The position numbers and the translations under genes were made by a program. Below the pieces are notes generated by a model. That model saw only the letters and a program-made list of their open reading frames with translations. It made no database searches and was not told the origin of the DNA. 64,000 nt of DNA from Sedimentisphaerales bacterium (lineage in GTDB: Bacteria > Planctomycetota > Phycisphaerae > Sedimentisphaerales > Anaerobacaceae): contig OY970194.1 in the NCBI GenBank assembly GCA_963708075.1, positions 7,264,001 to 7,328,000 of the forward strand, in the 5' to 3' direction. Positions 8,431-18,495 of this stretch are shown here, in pieces (the stretch's first letter is position 1; every line of letters begins with the position of its first letter).

Positions 8431-10707
8431 ATGAAGAGAGCAGCATACTACAGTACGGGCATTGTCTTGTTGGCATGGGTGAGTCTGGCAGCAGGAGCGA
8501 CGATCTATGTGGATGATGATGCCATTGGGGCCAACACCGGATTGAACTGGGCCGATGCGTACCGCTACGTCCAGGATGGTTTGGCGGCAGCGTTGAGGGG
8601 CGACGAGATCCACGTCGCACAGGGCGTCTACAAGCCTGACCAAGGCACCGGCAGAACACCTGGAGACCGTACGATCGGCTTCTATCTCAAGAGCGGTGTA
8701 ACGATCAAAGGGGGCTACGCCGGGTCGGGCGCAGCCGACCCCGACGCCAGGGATATCAAACAATACGAGACGACGCTCAGTGGCGACCTGATGGCCAATG
8801 ACGTGGGCGACGTAAGTGATCCGTCGCGGAGCGAGAATAGCTACAGTGTCGTGAGAGCCGGCGACGTGGATGAGACAGCCGTGCTTGACGGGTTCACCAT
8901 CACTGGTGGAAATGCCAATGGTGACCCGGCCTACACTCACGACGCGGGTGCCGGATTGTTTTGTATGAATGCCAGTCCGACAATCATCGACTGCACCTTC
9001 AACGACAATCGTGCAATGGGAAGCGGGGGTGGCATCGGTGCCGGTGGCGGCGGTCCGACACTCACTCGTTGCACGTTTACCGGCAACCGTGCCGGATACA
9101 TGGGGGGCGGGGCCTTCCTGGGTTGGGGCACCGGGACGCTGGAGAATTGTGTGTTCACGAACAACTCAAGCCAGCACGGTGCTGGGCTGGCCAATATCGC
9201 ATTCGATGCTACGGTCACGGACTGCACTTTCAGCGGCAACTCGGCAACGGGCGACGGGGGCGGCATGCGCAACGATAACAACAGTTGCGGTGTGACCAAC
9301 TGCACGTTCAGTCACAATTCATGCGGGAGCAACGGCGCGGGCATGTTCAACCTCGTCAGCAATTCAACGGTTGCTGACTGCATCTTTGACGACAACCACG
9401 CCGGCTTCTTTGGTGGTGGTGTGATAAACCAGTCCAGTAGCTCGATCCTCACCAACTGTCTCTTCAGGCAGAATTCGAGTTATAGCGGTGGTGCCATGGC
9501 GAACGGTGGGTGGGGTGGTCCGTCAAGCAATACGCTTCTAACGAACTGTGTGTTTGCCGGGAATGCGGCGGACGCATGGGGTGGAGGGATGCTCAACGGC
9601 AGCGGGAGTGATGCGACGATCACCAATTGCACATTCTCCGGAAACAGTAGCGCGTCACATGGCGCGGGCGTCTGCAATCAGGGTGGGAGTATCGTCACGA
9701 CGATTGCCAATTGCATCCTGTGGGGCAATAACCCGTCGGCGGTTGCCGGCAATACCCTGATAATCCACCATAGCGATGTCGAGGGCGGAACAGGTCAGCC
9801 TTGGTTTGGAGTCGGTTGTGTTGATGTCGATCCGCTGTTCGCGGACTCCGCCGGACGGCTGGTGCCGGGCTCGCCTTGCATCGACGCGGGCGACAACGCA
9901 GCGGTGCCCCCTGGAGTAACGACGGATCTCGACGGCAACCCGCGTATCGCAGGCGGTGTCGTGGATATGGGGGCATATGAATCGGCCTATGTGCCTGCCA
10001 ACACACCGCCGGTAGTAGAGGCCATCAGTGGACCGCTGGAGCCGGTTCAAGTCAATACCCTGGTCACAGCGGGTGCATCATTCTCCGATCCCGATGGTGG
10101 CGATAACCATACGGCCCAGTGGGACTGGGGCGACGGCCCATCCGCGGCGGGTTTGGTTGACGAGGATGCAAAGACCGTAAGCGGCAGCCATGGTTATAGC
10201 GCAGCGGGCGTTTACACCCTGACGCTCACCATCGCGGACGCGGCCGGCGATTCAGACAGCGGCGTGTTCGAATTTGTGGTAGTGTACGACCCTGCGGCAG
10301 GATTCGTCACCGGCGGCGGCTGGATCGATTCGCCCGCAGGGGCGTATGCCGAGAATCCTGATCTTACAGGCAAAGCCACCTTTGGCTTCGTCTCGAAGTA
10401 CCAGAAAGGCGCCACCGTGCCGACGGGAAATACCGAGTTTCAGTTCAAGGCCGGTAGTCTGAATTTCCACAGCACGAGTTATGACTGGCTCGTGGTCACG
10501 GCCTCGGATTACGCCAGGTTCAAAGGGACGGGTACGATCAACGGCTCCGGGAACTACAAGTTCCAAATCTGGGCCGGCGACAAGGCCCCGGATACCTTCC
10601 GGATCAAAATCTGGAAAGAAGGAACCGATGGGACTGAAGATGTAGTCTATGACAATGGTTTTGACCAGAGAATCGGCGGCGGGTCCATCGTGATTCACAC
10701 GATGTAG
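8431..10707 (+). CDS. Secreted right-handed parallel beta-helix protein (choice-of-anchor-Q-like) with PKD domain and a conserved C-terminal module
   Basis: Signal peptide, IYVDDDA..G..W.DAY, repeated NC.F..N...GGG units, SPCIDAGDN..DLDGNPR..VDMGAYE, PKD WDWGDG..H.Y..AGVYTLTL, C-terminal FVTGGGWI module. Confidence 0.85.
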   Translation: MKRAAYYSTGIVLLAWVSLAAGATIYVDDDAIGANTGLNWADAYRYVQDGLAAALRGDEIHVAQGVYKPDQGTGRTPGDRTIGFYLKSGVTIKGGYAGSGAADPDARDIKQYETTLSGDLMANDVGDVSDPSRSENSYSVVRAGDVDETAVLDGFTITGGNANGDPAYTHDAGAGLFCMNASPTIIDCTFNDNRAMGSGGGIGAGGGGPTLTRCTFTGNRAGYMGGGAFLGWGTGTLENCVFTNNSSQHGAGLANIAFDATVTDCTFSGNSATGDGGGMRNDNNSCGVTNCTFSHNSCGSNGAGMFNLVSNSTVADCIFDDNHAGFFGGGVINQSSSSILTNCLFRQNSSYSGGAMANGGWGGPSSNTLLTNCVFAGNAADAWGGGMLNGSGSDATITNCTFSGNSSASHGAGVCNQGGSIVTTIANCILWGNNPSAVAGNTLIIHHSDVEGGTGQPWFGVGCVDVDPLFADSAGRLVPGSPCIDAGDNAAVPPGVTTDLDGNPRIAGGVVDMGAYESAYVPANTPPVVEAISGPLEPVQVNTLVTAGASFSDPDGGDNHTAQWDWGDGPSAAGLVDEDAKTVSGSHGYSAAGVYTLTLTIADAAGDSDSGVFEFVVVYDPAAGFVTGGGWIDSPAGAYAENPDLTGKATFGFVSKYQKGATVPTGNTEFQFKAGSLNFHSTSYDWLVVTASDYARFKGTGTINGSGNYKFQIWAGDKAPDTFRIKIWKEGTDGTEDVVYDNGFDQRIGGGSIVIHTM

Positions 10708-10739
10708 CGACGGCGCTTGCCGGCAGATGAGCGAACATA

Positions 10740-10773
10740 GGGCTGTGGGCGATGCTCGCAACCCTTTTTGTTT
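10740..10773 (+). terminator. Rho-independent terminator
   Basis: GGGCTGTGGGC-GAT-GCTCGCAACCC hairpin followed by TTTTTGTTT, about 30 nt after the stop at 10707. Confidence 0.6.
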
Positions 10774-10819
10774 CCTGACTCCGAGCTTCTCCCCCATCTG
10801 TCGTATAGGAACCCATCTC

Positions 10820-10902
10820 CTTGATCGACGCGATATCCGGTACTGCGGGGACCCCATAGGCGTAGTGGGAGGGCTCCCCCGGCTGCCTCCTCGTACTCCC
10901 GC
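10820..10902. repeat. Dispersed structured intergenic repeat, copy A
   Basis: The core 10837-10902 matches 22345-22409 at about 60 of 66 positions (hand alignment). Confidence 0.85.
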
Positions 10903-11134
10903 TGTGAAGTCTCATCACAGAATGGCCGGGAGCGCCTGGAGGTGATGTACGCAGATAGCACACTCCCAGCTTTTTGGTATGTCTTTTGTCACGGCCGAAA
11001 TGTAGATGCAAATCCTGCGTGACAACGTCTTTCTTCTGGCGACCCTGCCAATTCTGCCCGGCGAACGGTAGCCGGCGAGTTGCGTAGTCACAGGAGAGCC
11101 CACATCATCTGCTGAAAGCACAGGAGAAGACCTT

Positions 11135-12056
11135 ATGCCATCCGGGTACGACATCCCGACAGAATTCGCAGGCCACTTAAGAATAGGCACCTGCTCTTGG
11201 AAGTATGATTCCTGGAAGGGGCTCGTCTATGACCCCGACAAGAGGTATCGCCCGAATAATTACCTGCCGGACTATGCGAAGCACTTCACGACGGTCGAGA
11301 TCGACCAGTGGTTCTGGAGCCTGTTCGCCGCCGGCGTACGACTGCCGGACCCGGACACAGCCAAACGGTACGCCGACAGCGTCCCTGACGACTTCCGGTT
11401 CAGCATCAAGGCCCCCAATGCCATCACCCTGACCCATTCCTATGCCAAGCAGCCCAAGGGTTCGGAACGCCACGCCAACGAGCCGAACCCGCACTTCCTC
11501 AGCGTGGACCTCTTGCACCGCTTCCTTGAGACGCTCGAACCCATGTACGGCAAGCTCGGGCCGATCATGTTCCAATTCGAGTACCTGAACAGGCAGAAGA
11601 TGCCGTCGATGTCAGCCTTCTTGGAGCGGCTGGATGTGTTCTTTCAAAAAGCGCCGGCTGGATTCCAGTACGCCATCGAGAACCCGCAACCCGAACTACC
11701 TCAAGGATGAATTCATCAGTTTTCTGCGGCAGCATGGCCTCGGGTATGTGCTCCTGGACGGGTACTATATGCCACGGATCGGTGAAGTGGTCGCCAAGGT
11801 CGATATTCGCACAGCCCCGTTCTCAATCATCCGCCTCCACGGTCCTGATCGGGCTGGGATTGAGGAACAAGCTGGCGGCGTGTGGGACAAGATCGTGGAG
11901 CCCAAGGACGACGGGCTCAAGGCGACGGCGGACATTGTCATGCAGAATCTGAAAGCCCCCGTGGACACCTATGTCAACGTGAACAACCATTACGAGGGCA
12001 GCGCTCCCTTGACTATCCAGCGATTGCTGGACATTCTGCGGCAGGGGTCACGCTGA
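11135..12056 (+). pseudogene. DUF72 domain protein, copy 2, with a +1 frameshift at about 11681 (possibly a sequencing error)
   Basis: ORFs 11135-11710 and 11634-12056 together are colinear with copy 1; GAG-A-ACC-CGC-AAC here versus GAG-ACC-AGG-AAC in copy 1. Confidence 0.85.
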
Positions 12057-12420
12057 CAGGCTGCCTGGCCTCCCATGGCCCGGACGGCAGGCCGGGCACC
12101 GAGTCTCGCATCGCACAGCTTTGTCTCAAAATCCCCGGAGCCCGGCATTTGTGCTGGTCCAACTCCACGTTGCGCTATATAGGGGCTTCGTAACGTCTGT
12201 CCCAGGGTCCAATCGAGGCGCAGGAGGCCCTGCGTAGCGATGGAACCCTGCGGCACACGCTCAGGAGGGCGCCTTCAGAGCCAACCGCGATCTGAGACGA
12301 ATATCATTTTTTTGAAAGAAATGGGGTGGTTACGGGAAATATAAGGGAGAAACCGTATAGTGGGGTCCCAATGGATGAACCGGACCGCCAGGTGGAACTG
12401 AAGTGGTGAGATGATCGACT

Positions 12421-12954
12421 ATGGACGCGCAAGACTCTAAGGACATGCTGAGATTGACGGCCCTGTGGACGCGGGTACAGCCTGTGGTTGCCGGCTATGT
12501 ATCGTCTCTGGTTCCCAACTTTCACGACGCGGCGGATATTCTTCAGGATGTCGCCATGATATTGGTCGTCAAGTTCCATGAGTACGACAGTGAGCGGTCG
12601 TTTGCACATTGGGCCCTGGGTATCGCGAGGAACAGGGTTCTGGCCTACTATCATAAGCAGGGTCGTGAAAAACAGGTGTTTGATGACTATCTGATGGAGA
12701 AGATCGCAACTACCTACGAGGAGATGGGGCCGCATCTGGGAGTGCTTCGTGAGGCCCTCGGACGGTGCATGAGGAAGATCAGGGAACGAGATCGGGCGTT
12801 GCTCGAGATGTGGTACGTTGACCAGCGAGAGCCTGCTCACATCTCTGGCCTGATGGGGATCGCCACCAGCACCGTCTACGTCATGCTCCATCGCATACGC
12901 AGCGCCTTGAGACTCTGTATCCGACGTCAACTGGCTATCATGAGAGAAGCATGA
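12421..12954 (+). CDS. ECF-type sigma-70 family RNA polymerase sigma factor
   Basis: DAADILQDV, F..WALGIARN region 2; region 4 HTH ISGLMGIATSTVYVMLHRIRSALRLCI; 177 aa. Confidence 0.92.
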   Translation: MDAQDSKDMLRLTALWTRVQPVVAGYVSSLVPNFHDAADILQDVAMILVVKFHEYDSERSFAHWALGIARNRVLAYYHKQGREKQVFDDYLMEKIATTYEEMGPHLGVLREALGRCMRKIRERDRALLEMWYVDQREPAHISGLMGIATSTVYVMLHRIRSALRLCIRRQLAIMREA

Positions 12955-14780
12955 TGGACGATCCGCAGCGGCTCATTGATCGCTATCTTACAGGCAGGCT
13001 TCAGCCGGACGAGGCTGCAGCGCTGCGGGACTGGCTCCAATCCGACCCGGGCCACCTCAGAGACTTCGTGATCGAGACGTATCTGAATCGCGGTATCCAC
13101 GAGATCCTGACATCGGAGCGTGTCCAGGCCCAGGAGGACAAGCCATCCGGTTTCGATGACACGTTCCGCGCGATCGCCGAGAAACAGCGGGCAACGGAGT
13201 CTGTGAACAGCCGGGGGAAGGATCATGAGGTTTCCGGGGAGAACTCTGAAGACGAGACATTGCGGGTGCTGCTGGAACGGGCAGGATCACCCAAGGAACG
13301 CATTTCCATCATCGAGGGTTATGCGAGACGACAACTGGAAGTCTTCCTGGCCCAACAGAAGGAGATTGGAAAGCAACAAGAGTATTCCGAGCGGCGTACG
13401 CCCCGGTTCTCCTGGGATCTACGACGAGCCGCTGTGATGGTGGGGACATTCTTCCGCGTGACTTACAAGATGGGGGTTGCGGCATCGGTTCTGTTATTTC
13501 TTGGACTGGTCATAGGAGCAGGAGTGCAGCACTGGCGGGCTCAGCGCGTGGTGGCGACGCTTGAGGACTCCCGGCACGCCCGATGGACTGCACCGCCCGG
13601 GCAAGCGGAATTGCGGCGTGGACAATTCTGTCTGGAGGAAGGCTGGACACAAATCAAGTTCGTGAGCGGGGCTGAGGTGATTCTGCAGGCACCGTGTACA
13701 TTTGAGCTCAAGTCATCTCGATCGATGTTCCTGGACAGCGGGGCGTTGACTGCCAGAATTACCTCACCACGTGCGCGGGGATTCACCGTCGATACACCCA
13801 ATTCGCAGCTTGTGGATTTTGGCACTGAGTTCGGAGTCCTGATAGGTGAAGGCGACGGCTCCTCCGAAGTGCATGTCTTCGATGGCCAGGTTCGACTCAG
13901 AGCTGTGCATGCGGACAAGCACAAAGATGATTCCCGGGAATTGATGGAGGGCCAGCGTGCTCGGGTCGATCAGAAAAGAGCGATAACGATGGGCAAGCTG
14001 GAAGAGCGCCTGTTCTACCGGTCGCTGCCTGGTGTCGATTCTTTTGGCTTGCCGGGAAAGCGTCTGGACTTGGCAGATATTCTGGGCGGCGGCAACGGGT
14101 TTGGCACCGGTCAGATGCAGTATGCAATCGACCCGCTGACGGGTCGCGTTACCGTATTCAACGGGCAGAACTACAGAAAGAAGAGCAAGGGACAATACGT
14201 GCGGGTCGAACACAATGGTTTTGTGGACGGAGTCTTCATCCCCGACGGCAGTGGCGACCGCCCAGTGATCATTTCCTCGCAAGGCCACGTATTTCAGGAA
14301 TGTCCCGAGACCAACGGTCAGGCCGACGGCGAGATACAGAATACACACAGCAGTATCCTCTTCCACACGCCGGAAATGAGGTGCAGACCTCGCCTGGGCG
14401 ACCGAATCTATGACACGGTGGCTCATCCACACATCTACATGCAGGCGAATGTCGGCATCACCTTTGACCTTGACGCCATGCGCAGCCGTTTGACGGCTGG
14501 ATCCATGCGGCGATTCACGGCCCAATGTGGGGTGTGCGCGGAGATACCCAAGGAAGATGAAGAAGTCGACTTTTGGGTCTTGGTCGACGGGCAGGTGCGA
14601 TTCGTTCGGCAAGATGCCACGAAGGCCGAGGGCGCGATCAAGGTAGATGTTCCGTTGCATGAGCAAGATCGGTTTCTGACGCTGGCAGTAACACAGGGCA
14701 CCGATGGTTCCATGTGGGACCTGGGCCTGTTTGCCGAGCCGGCCGTAGAACTCGGTCCAATGGACAAGAAGTCGGAGTGA
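12951..14780 (+). CDS. FecR-domain anti-sigma/transmembrane sensor with C-terminal NPCBM/NEW2 domain
   Basis: ATGA overlap with the sigma gene; N-terminal LIDRYL.G.L..E...L..WL; one TM; FecR core GFTVDTP..VDFGTEFGV..EVHVFDGQV; C-terminal GITFDL..FWVLVDG..RFLTLAVT..W..FAEP. Confidence 0.85.
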   Translation: MMDDPQRLIDRYLTGRLQPDEAAALRDWLQSDPGHLRDFVIETYLNRGIHEILTSERVQAQEDKPSGFDDTFRAIAEKQRATESVNSRGKDHEVSGENSEDETLRVLLERAGSPKERISIIEGYARRQLEVFLAQQKEIGKQQEYSERRTPRFSWDLRRAAVMVGTFFRVTYKMGVAASVLLFLGLVIGAGVQHWRAQRVVATLEDSRHARWTAPPGQAELRRGQFCLEEGWTQIKFVSGAEVILQAPCTFELKSSRSMFLDSGALTARITSPRARGFTVDTPNSQLVDFGTEFGVLIGEGDGSSEVHVFDGQVRLRAVHADKHKDDSRELMEGQRARVDQKRAITMGKLEERLFYRSLPGVDSFGLPGKRLDLADILGGGNGFGTGQMQYAIDPLTGRVTVFNGQNYRKKSKGQYVRVEHNGFVDGVFIPDGSGDRPVIISSQGHVFQECPETNGQADGEIQNTHSSILFHTPEMRCRPRLGDRIYDTVAHPHIYMQANVGITFDLDAMRSRLTAGSMRRFTAQCGVCAEIPKEDEEVDFWVLVDGQVRFVRQDATKAEGAIKVDVPLHEQDRFLTLAVTQGTDGSMWDLGLFAEPAVELGPMDKKSE

Positions 14781-14848
14781 AAGGGGAATAGATGTCGCTG
14801 CGTAGCAGAAGCAGTAAGAGAAAAATGACTGGTTTGGAGGACGTGGTT

Positions 14849-17800
14849 ATGTACAGGCACATGTGGTATTCATTTCTGTTGGTTGCAGTGCTGGGGCTGG
14901 TCTGGACGGGCTTTGCGAGAGCGGCAGATCCAGACCTTGTCGGCTGGTGGGAGTTCGACGAAGGTTCCGGCGGCGTCGCCAAGGACTCCAGCGGCAACGG
15001 CAACGACGGCACTCTCCTCGGAGGAGCGAGCATCGTCGACGATGCGGAGAGAGGCAGAGTATTGCGAGTGAATGGCATCGACGGCTATGCGAGTATCCCG
15101 GACAATGCGGATTTCGATATCACGGACGTGACGCTCATGTTCTGGATGAAGCTAACCGCGGATTTCAACGCAGACTCTGCATCGAGCATGGCTCCGGTAG
15201 GCAAGGCCCCGGATGAAGACCACACCATGCAGTTCACTCTCATCGGCAAGGACAACAGTCAGAACCCCAAGGGCGCCATGTACCTCAAAGTGGAGGGGCC
15301 GGCTTATTGCTACGTGTATACGCCCAGTAAATCCTGGACTGGAAACACCTGGTACCACGTATCCGGCGTGTACAATCACATTACATCCACGGCCAGTCTG
15401 TACGTCAACGGCGAGCCAGTAGGTACGGCGCTGCTGCAGAGTGGCTCTGAGTTCCTCTTCAGCGGACTCGACGTGCCGCTGGAAATCGGACGGCTTTTCA
15501 TCGATAAGGCTGGAAGTGCCGTGAAATACTTCGATGGTTGCATCGACGATGTCCGCCTTTACAGCCGCGCTCTGACCGTGCAGGATATCCAGGAGGCTAT
15601 GGAAGGCGTGTTGCCTGTCATGGCGAGAAGGCCGAGCCCGTCCGACAAAATCGCCGACGTGCTTCGGAATGTCGTCCTGACGTGGACGCCCGGCGAACAA
15701 GCTGTCCAACACGATGTGTTCTTGGGAACCGATCTGGATGCCGTGCGCAACGCCACCGCCGCCTCCAATGCCTATGTGGGGCGTCAGACCGAGGCTCGCT
15801 ATGCCCCCGGCCGTCTGAACCTCGGCCAGACCTACTACTGGCGCGTCGATGAGATCAAAGATGGGCATCCGGATTCCCCATGGGTTGGTGAAGTCTGGAG
15901 CTTCACCGTGGAACCGGTTGCCATCCCGCTTTCCGGCCGTTCCATTACGGCAACGGCCTCAAGCCAGGACAGCGCCGGTAAGGACCCTGGCAAGACGATC
16001 GATGGTTCCGGGCTGATCGGCGAGGCACATTCGCAAGAGCCCAACGATATGTGGCTCAGCGCCGAGGAGCCGAACGGCGCCTGGATCCAGTATACTTTCG
16101 ACAAACCATATAAGATGCACGCAGTGCAGGTATGGAACCACAACACGGAACTCGAAAAATTCGTCGGATTCGGAATCAAGACGGCGGCGATCTCGTACTC
16201 CGTGGACGGAGAGGTTTGGACCGAGCTAGGCGCTCAAGAACTCGTGCAGGCCAAGAAGACGTCAGTGAACCTGCAGGATGTGACGGCCACGGCGATCCGG
16301 ATCACCGCGCAAAGCAACTGGGGCGGGCTCTTCAAGCAGTACGGTCTGAGCGAAGTACGATTTGAATACATTCCCACGTATGTGCGTGAGCTCTCGCCGG
16401 TCCAGGACAGCGTGGTGCTTCCGGATACGGTCCTGAGCTGGCGTGCCGGTCGCGAGGCCAGCGTGCACAAGTTATACATGGGTACGAATTCGAATGAGTT
16501 GACTCTGGTTGATACAGCGACGAGCACCAGCTACGATACCGCGTCACTCGACCTTCAGTTGGAACAGACCTACTTTTGGCGGGTCGATGAAGTCAATGAG
16601 GCTGCGATTCCTGACGTCTGGCCGGGCGACGTTGCGAGTTTTTCCACGCCCGAGTACCTGGTCGTCGATGACTTCGAGAGCTACAACGACGACTACAGCA
16701 ACTATAATCGCATATTCCAGGCCTGGATAGACGGAACCGGCTATGCTACGCCCGAACCCGGCCGGTCCGGAAATGGCTCGGGCGCGCTCGTGGGCACCAG
16801 CGAACCTCCGTGGGTAGAGCAGGATGTTGTGCATTCCGGCGCCAAGTCCATGCCACTGGGTTATGACAACACGGCAGCGCCATTCTATTCGCAGGCGGAT
16901 CGGACCTTCGCGGCTGGTCAGGACTGGACCCTGGGAGGGGCCAAGACGCTTGTCCTGTTCTTCTCCGGCGATCCGGCGAACACGGGCGGGCAGCTCTACG
17001 TCAAGATCAACGGCGTCAAGATCCCTTACGGCGGCGACGCCGAGAATATCAACAGGCCCTGGTGGACTCAGTGGAATATCGACCTGACCTCGGCAGGGGT
17101 GACGAAGCTGGAGAATGTCACATCATTCAGTATCGGTGTCGAGGGTAATGGCAGTTCAGGCACCTTATACATCGACGACATTCGGCTGTATCGCTCGGTT
17201 CCCGCGTCCGCAACGGTCGTGTCGTGGCTGGAAGCTGAATCCGCTACGTCAATCACCGAGCCGATGAAGACCTGGTCGGATATGGCCGATGCTTCCGGCG
17301 GTCAGTACATAGCAGCGGCGAAGGGCAACGTCAGTAAGGATAATCCGCCTGCCGCAGGAGTGGCCAAATACACCATTACGGTTCCGGGCGGAATCTACAG
17401 GATCGTCGGCCGGGTGATCGCTCCCGCGGGAAGCAGCGATTCCTTCTGGGTCAGGATTCCAGGCGCGATCATCGGCCAGCAGACGGACGTCAGTGGCTGG
17501 CTGCATTGGAGCATGGAGAGAGAATCGGCATGGCATTGGACAGCGGTCAATAGCTATGACGCCGACAGTGCAACGGTCCTCTTCAAGATGGCCGCCGGCA
17601 CGTATACTCTTGAGGTCGCCTATCGGGAAGAGGGCGTCTTGCTCGATGCCCTTGTGGTTCTGGAGGAGCCGCCGGCCTCTGCGTCTGACGCAGTGCTGTA
17701 CGAGGAGACGTTCCCCAACGGCCAGGGCAACTATAAACCCATGGCTTGGATCGGCTGGCAGGGGTACGTTGGATCGAATGCCACGGAAGTCACCACTATC

Positions 17801-18265
17801 GAACCCGGCGACTATAAGGATGACAATATCATCGTTGATTCCGAGGATAATAAGGCCTTTCACCTCAAGGGAAACATCGCCTTCATGTTCACCGAAGAGC
17901 CGGGTGCGCTCTCCCAGTTCGATGTGGGAGCGTTCTCGGCAGAGGTCCAGAAGAAAGACACCCCGTTTCGTTTCGCGATCAGAATCGACAAGAATAACAC
18001 ACCGGGCGACACATCCGATGATGCGTGGTTTGCCACAGACGCTGGTTACATAAAGGCAAGCCAGACCGTCGTCGCTATCACCTTTACGACGGCGGCTTCC
18101 GACTGGCGCGATCTAACTCTGAAGCCCGGTGTTGAGCTCTCTGTTGCCGCCGGCGCCCGCACAAAGGGTCTGCCGGCCGGCGACCTTACCGCATACGGCA
18201 TCTATGGTGAAGCCAATGGCCAACTGAGAATCTTCAACTATAAGGTGCTATCGGAAATTCCGTAA
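14849..18265 (+). CDS. Large secreted modular protein: LamG, TYYWRVDE repeats, discoidin-like and CBM-like domains
   Basis: Signal peptide; LVGWWEFDEGSG..DSSGNGNDG..FDGCIDDVRLYSRAL (LamG); two GQTYYWRVDE-type repeats; WIQYTFD..VWNHN..GLSEVRF; VVDDFESY..LYIDDIRLY; WLEAES..DSFWVRI; GGAGG RBS. Confidence 0.85.
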   Translation: MYRHMWYSFLLVAVLGLVWTGFARAADPDLVGWWEFDEGSGGVAKDSSGNGNDGTLLGGASIVDDAERGRVLRVNGIDGYASIPDNADFDITDVTLMFWMKLTADFNADSASSMAPVGKAPDEDHTMQFTLIGKDNSQNPKGAMYLKVEGPAYCYVYTPSKSWTGNTWYHVSGVYNHITSTASLYVNGEPVGTALLQSGSEFLFSGLDVPLEIGRLFIDKAGSAVKYFDGCIDDVRLYSRALTVQDIQEAMEGVLPVMARRPSPSDKIADVLRNVVLTWTPGEQAVQHDVFLGTDLDAVRNATAASNAYVGRQTEARYAPGRLNLGQTYYWRVDEIKDGHPDSPWVGEVWSFTVEPVAIPLSGRSITATASSQDSAGKDPGKTIDGSGLIGEAHSQEPNDMWLSAEEPNGAWIQYTFDKPYKMHAVQVWNHNTELEKFVGFGIKTAAISYSVDGEVWTELGAQELVQAKKTSVNLQDVTATAIRITAQSNWGGLFKQYGLSEVRFEYIPTYVRELSPVQDSVVLPDTVLSWRAGREASVHKLYMGTNSNELTLVDTATSTSYDTASLDLQLEQTYFWRVDEVNEAAIPDVWPGDVASFSTPEYLVVDDFESYNDDYSNYNRIFQAWIDGTGYATPEPGRSGNGSGALVGTSEPPWVEQDVVHSGAKSMPLGYDNTAAPFYSQADRTFAAGQDWTLGGAKTLVLFFSGDPANTGGQLYVKINGVKIPYGGDAENINRPWWTQWNIDLTSAGVTKLENVTSFSIGVEGNGSSGTLYIDDIRLYRSVPASATVVSWLEAESATSITEPMKTWSDMADASGGQYIAAAKGNVSKDNPPAAGVAKYTITVPGGIYRIVGRVIAPAGSSDSFWVRIPGAIIGQQTDVSGWLHWSMERESAWHWTAVNSYDADSATVLFKMAAGTYTLEVAYREEGVLLDALVVLEEPPASASDAVLYEETFPNGQGNYKPMAWIGWQGYVGSNATEVTTIEPGDYKDDNIIVDSEDNKAFHLKGNIAFMFTEEPGALSQFDVGAFSAEVQKKDTPFRFAIRIDKNNTPGDTSDDAWFATDAGYIKASQTVVAITFTTAASDWRDLTLKPGVELSVAAGARTKGLPAGDLTAYGIYGEANGQLRIFNYKVLSEIP

Positions 18266-18300
18266 GGCACAGGCGCACGTACGATGATGTGAATTGCCGA

Positions 18301-18331
18301 GGGGCAGGACAATCCCACATTGTCCTGCCCC
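18301..18331. repeat. Perfect 13-bp inverted repeat (terminator-like or REP-like hairpin)
   Basis: GGGGCAGGACAAT-CCCAC-ATTGTCCTGCCCC, no U-tract. Confidence 0.6.
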
Positions 18332-18495
18332 CCCAACCTGAGCAGGCTGTGCGGGAAGTAATCCACTGGCCCGGGCTACGTCCGTAAGGTCGTGAGATGT
18401 AACAGCAGGGGGATGCCGGCTCAACTCCATGCACGTGTCCCGAGCCCATGCAGCGGGTAAGGAGTGACCGCTGGTTCAGACGAAAGGATCTTTTT

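Noticed and set aside
10837..10902. Repeat as a CRISPR unit or group II intron end
   Set aside because: Only two copies 11.5 kb apart, no spacers or cas genes, and no domain V consensus or reverse transcriptase.
6690..12420. Prophage or integrative element at tRNA-Lys
   Set aside because: No integrase, transposase or phage gene, and I found no duplicated tRNA 3' end by eye.
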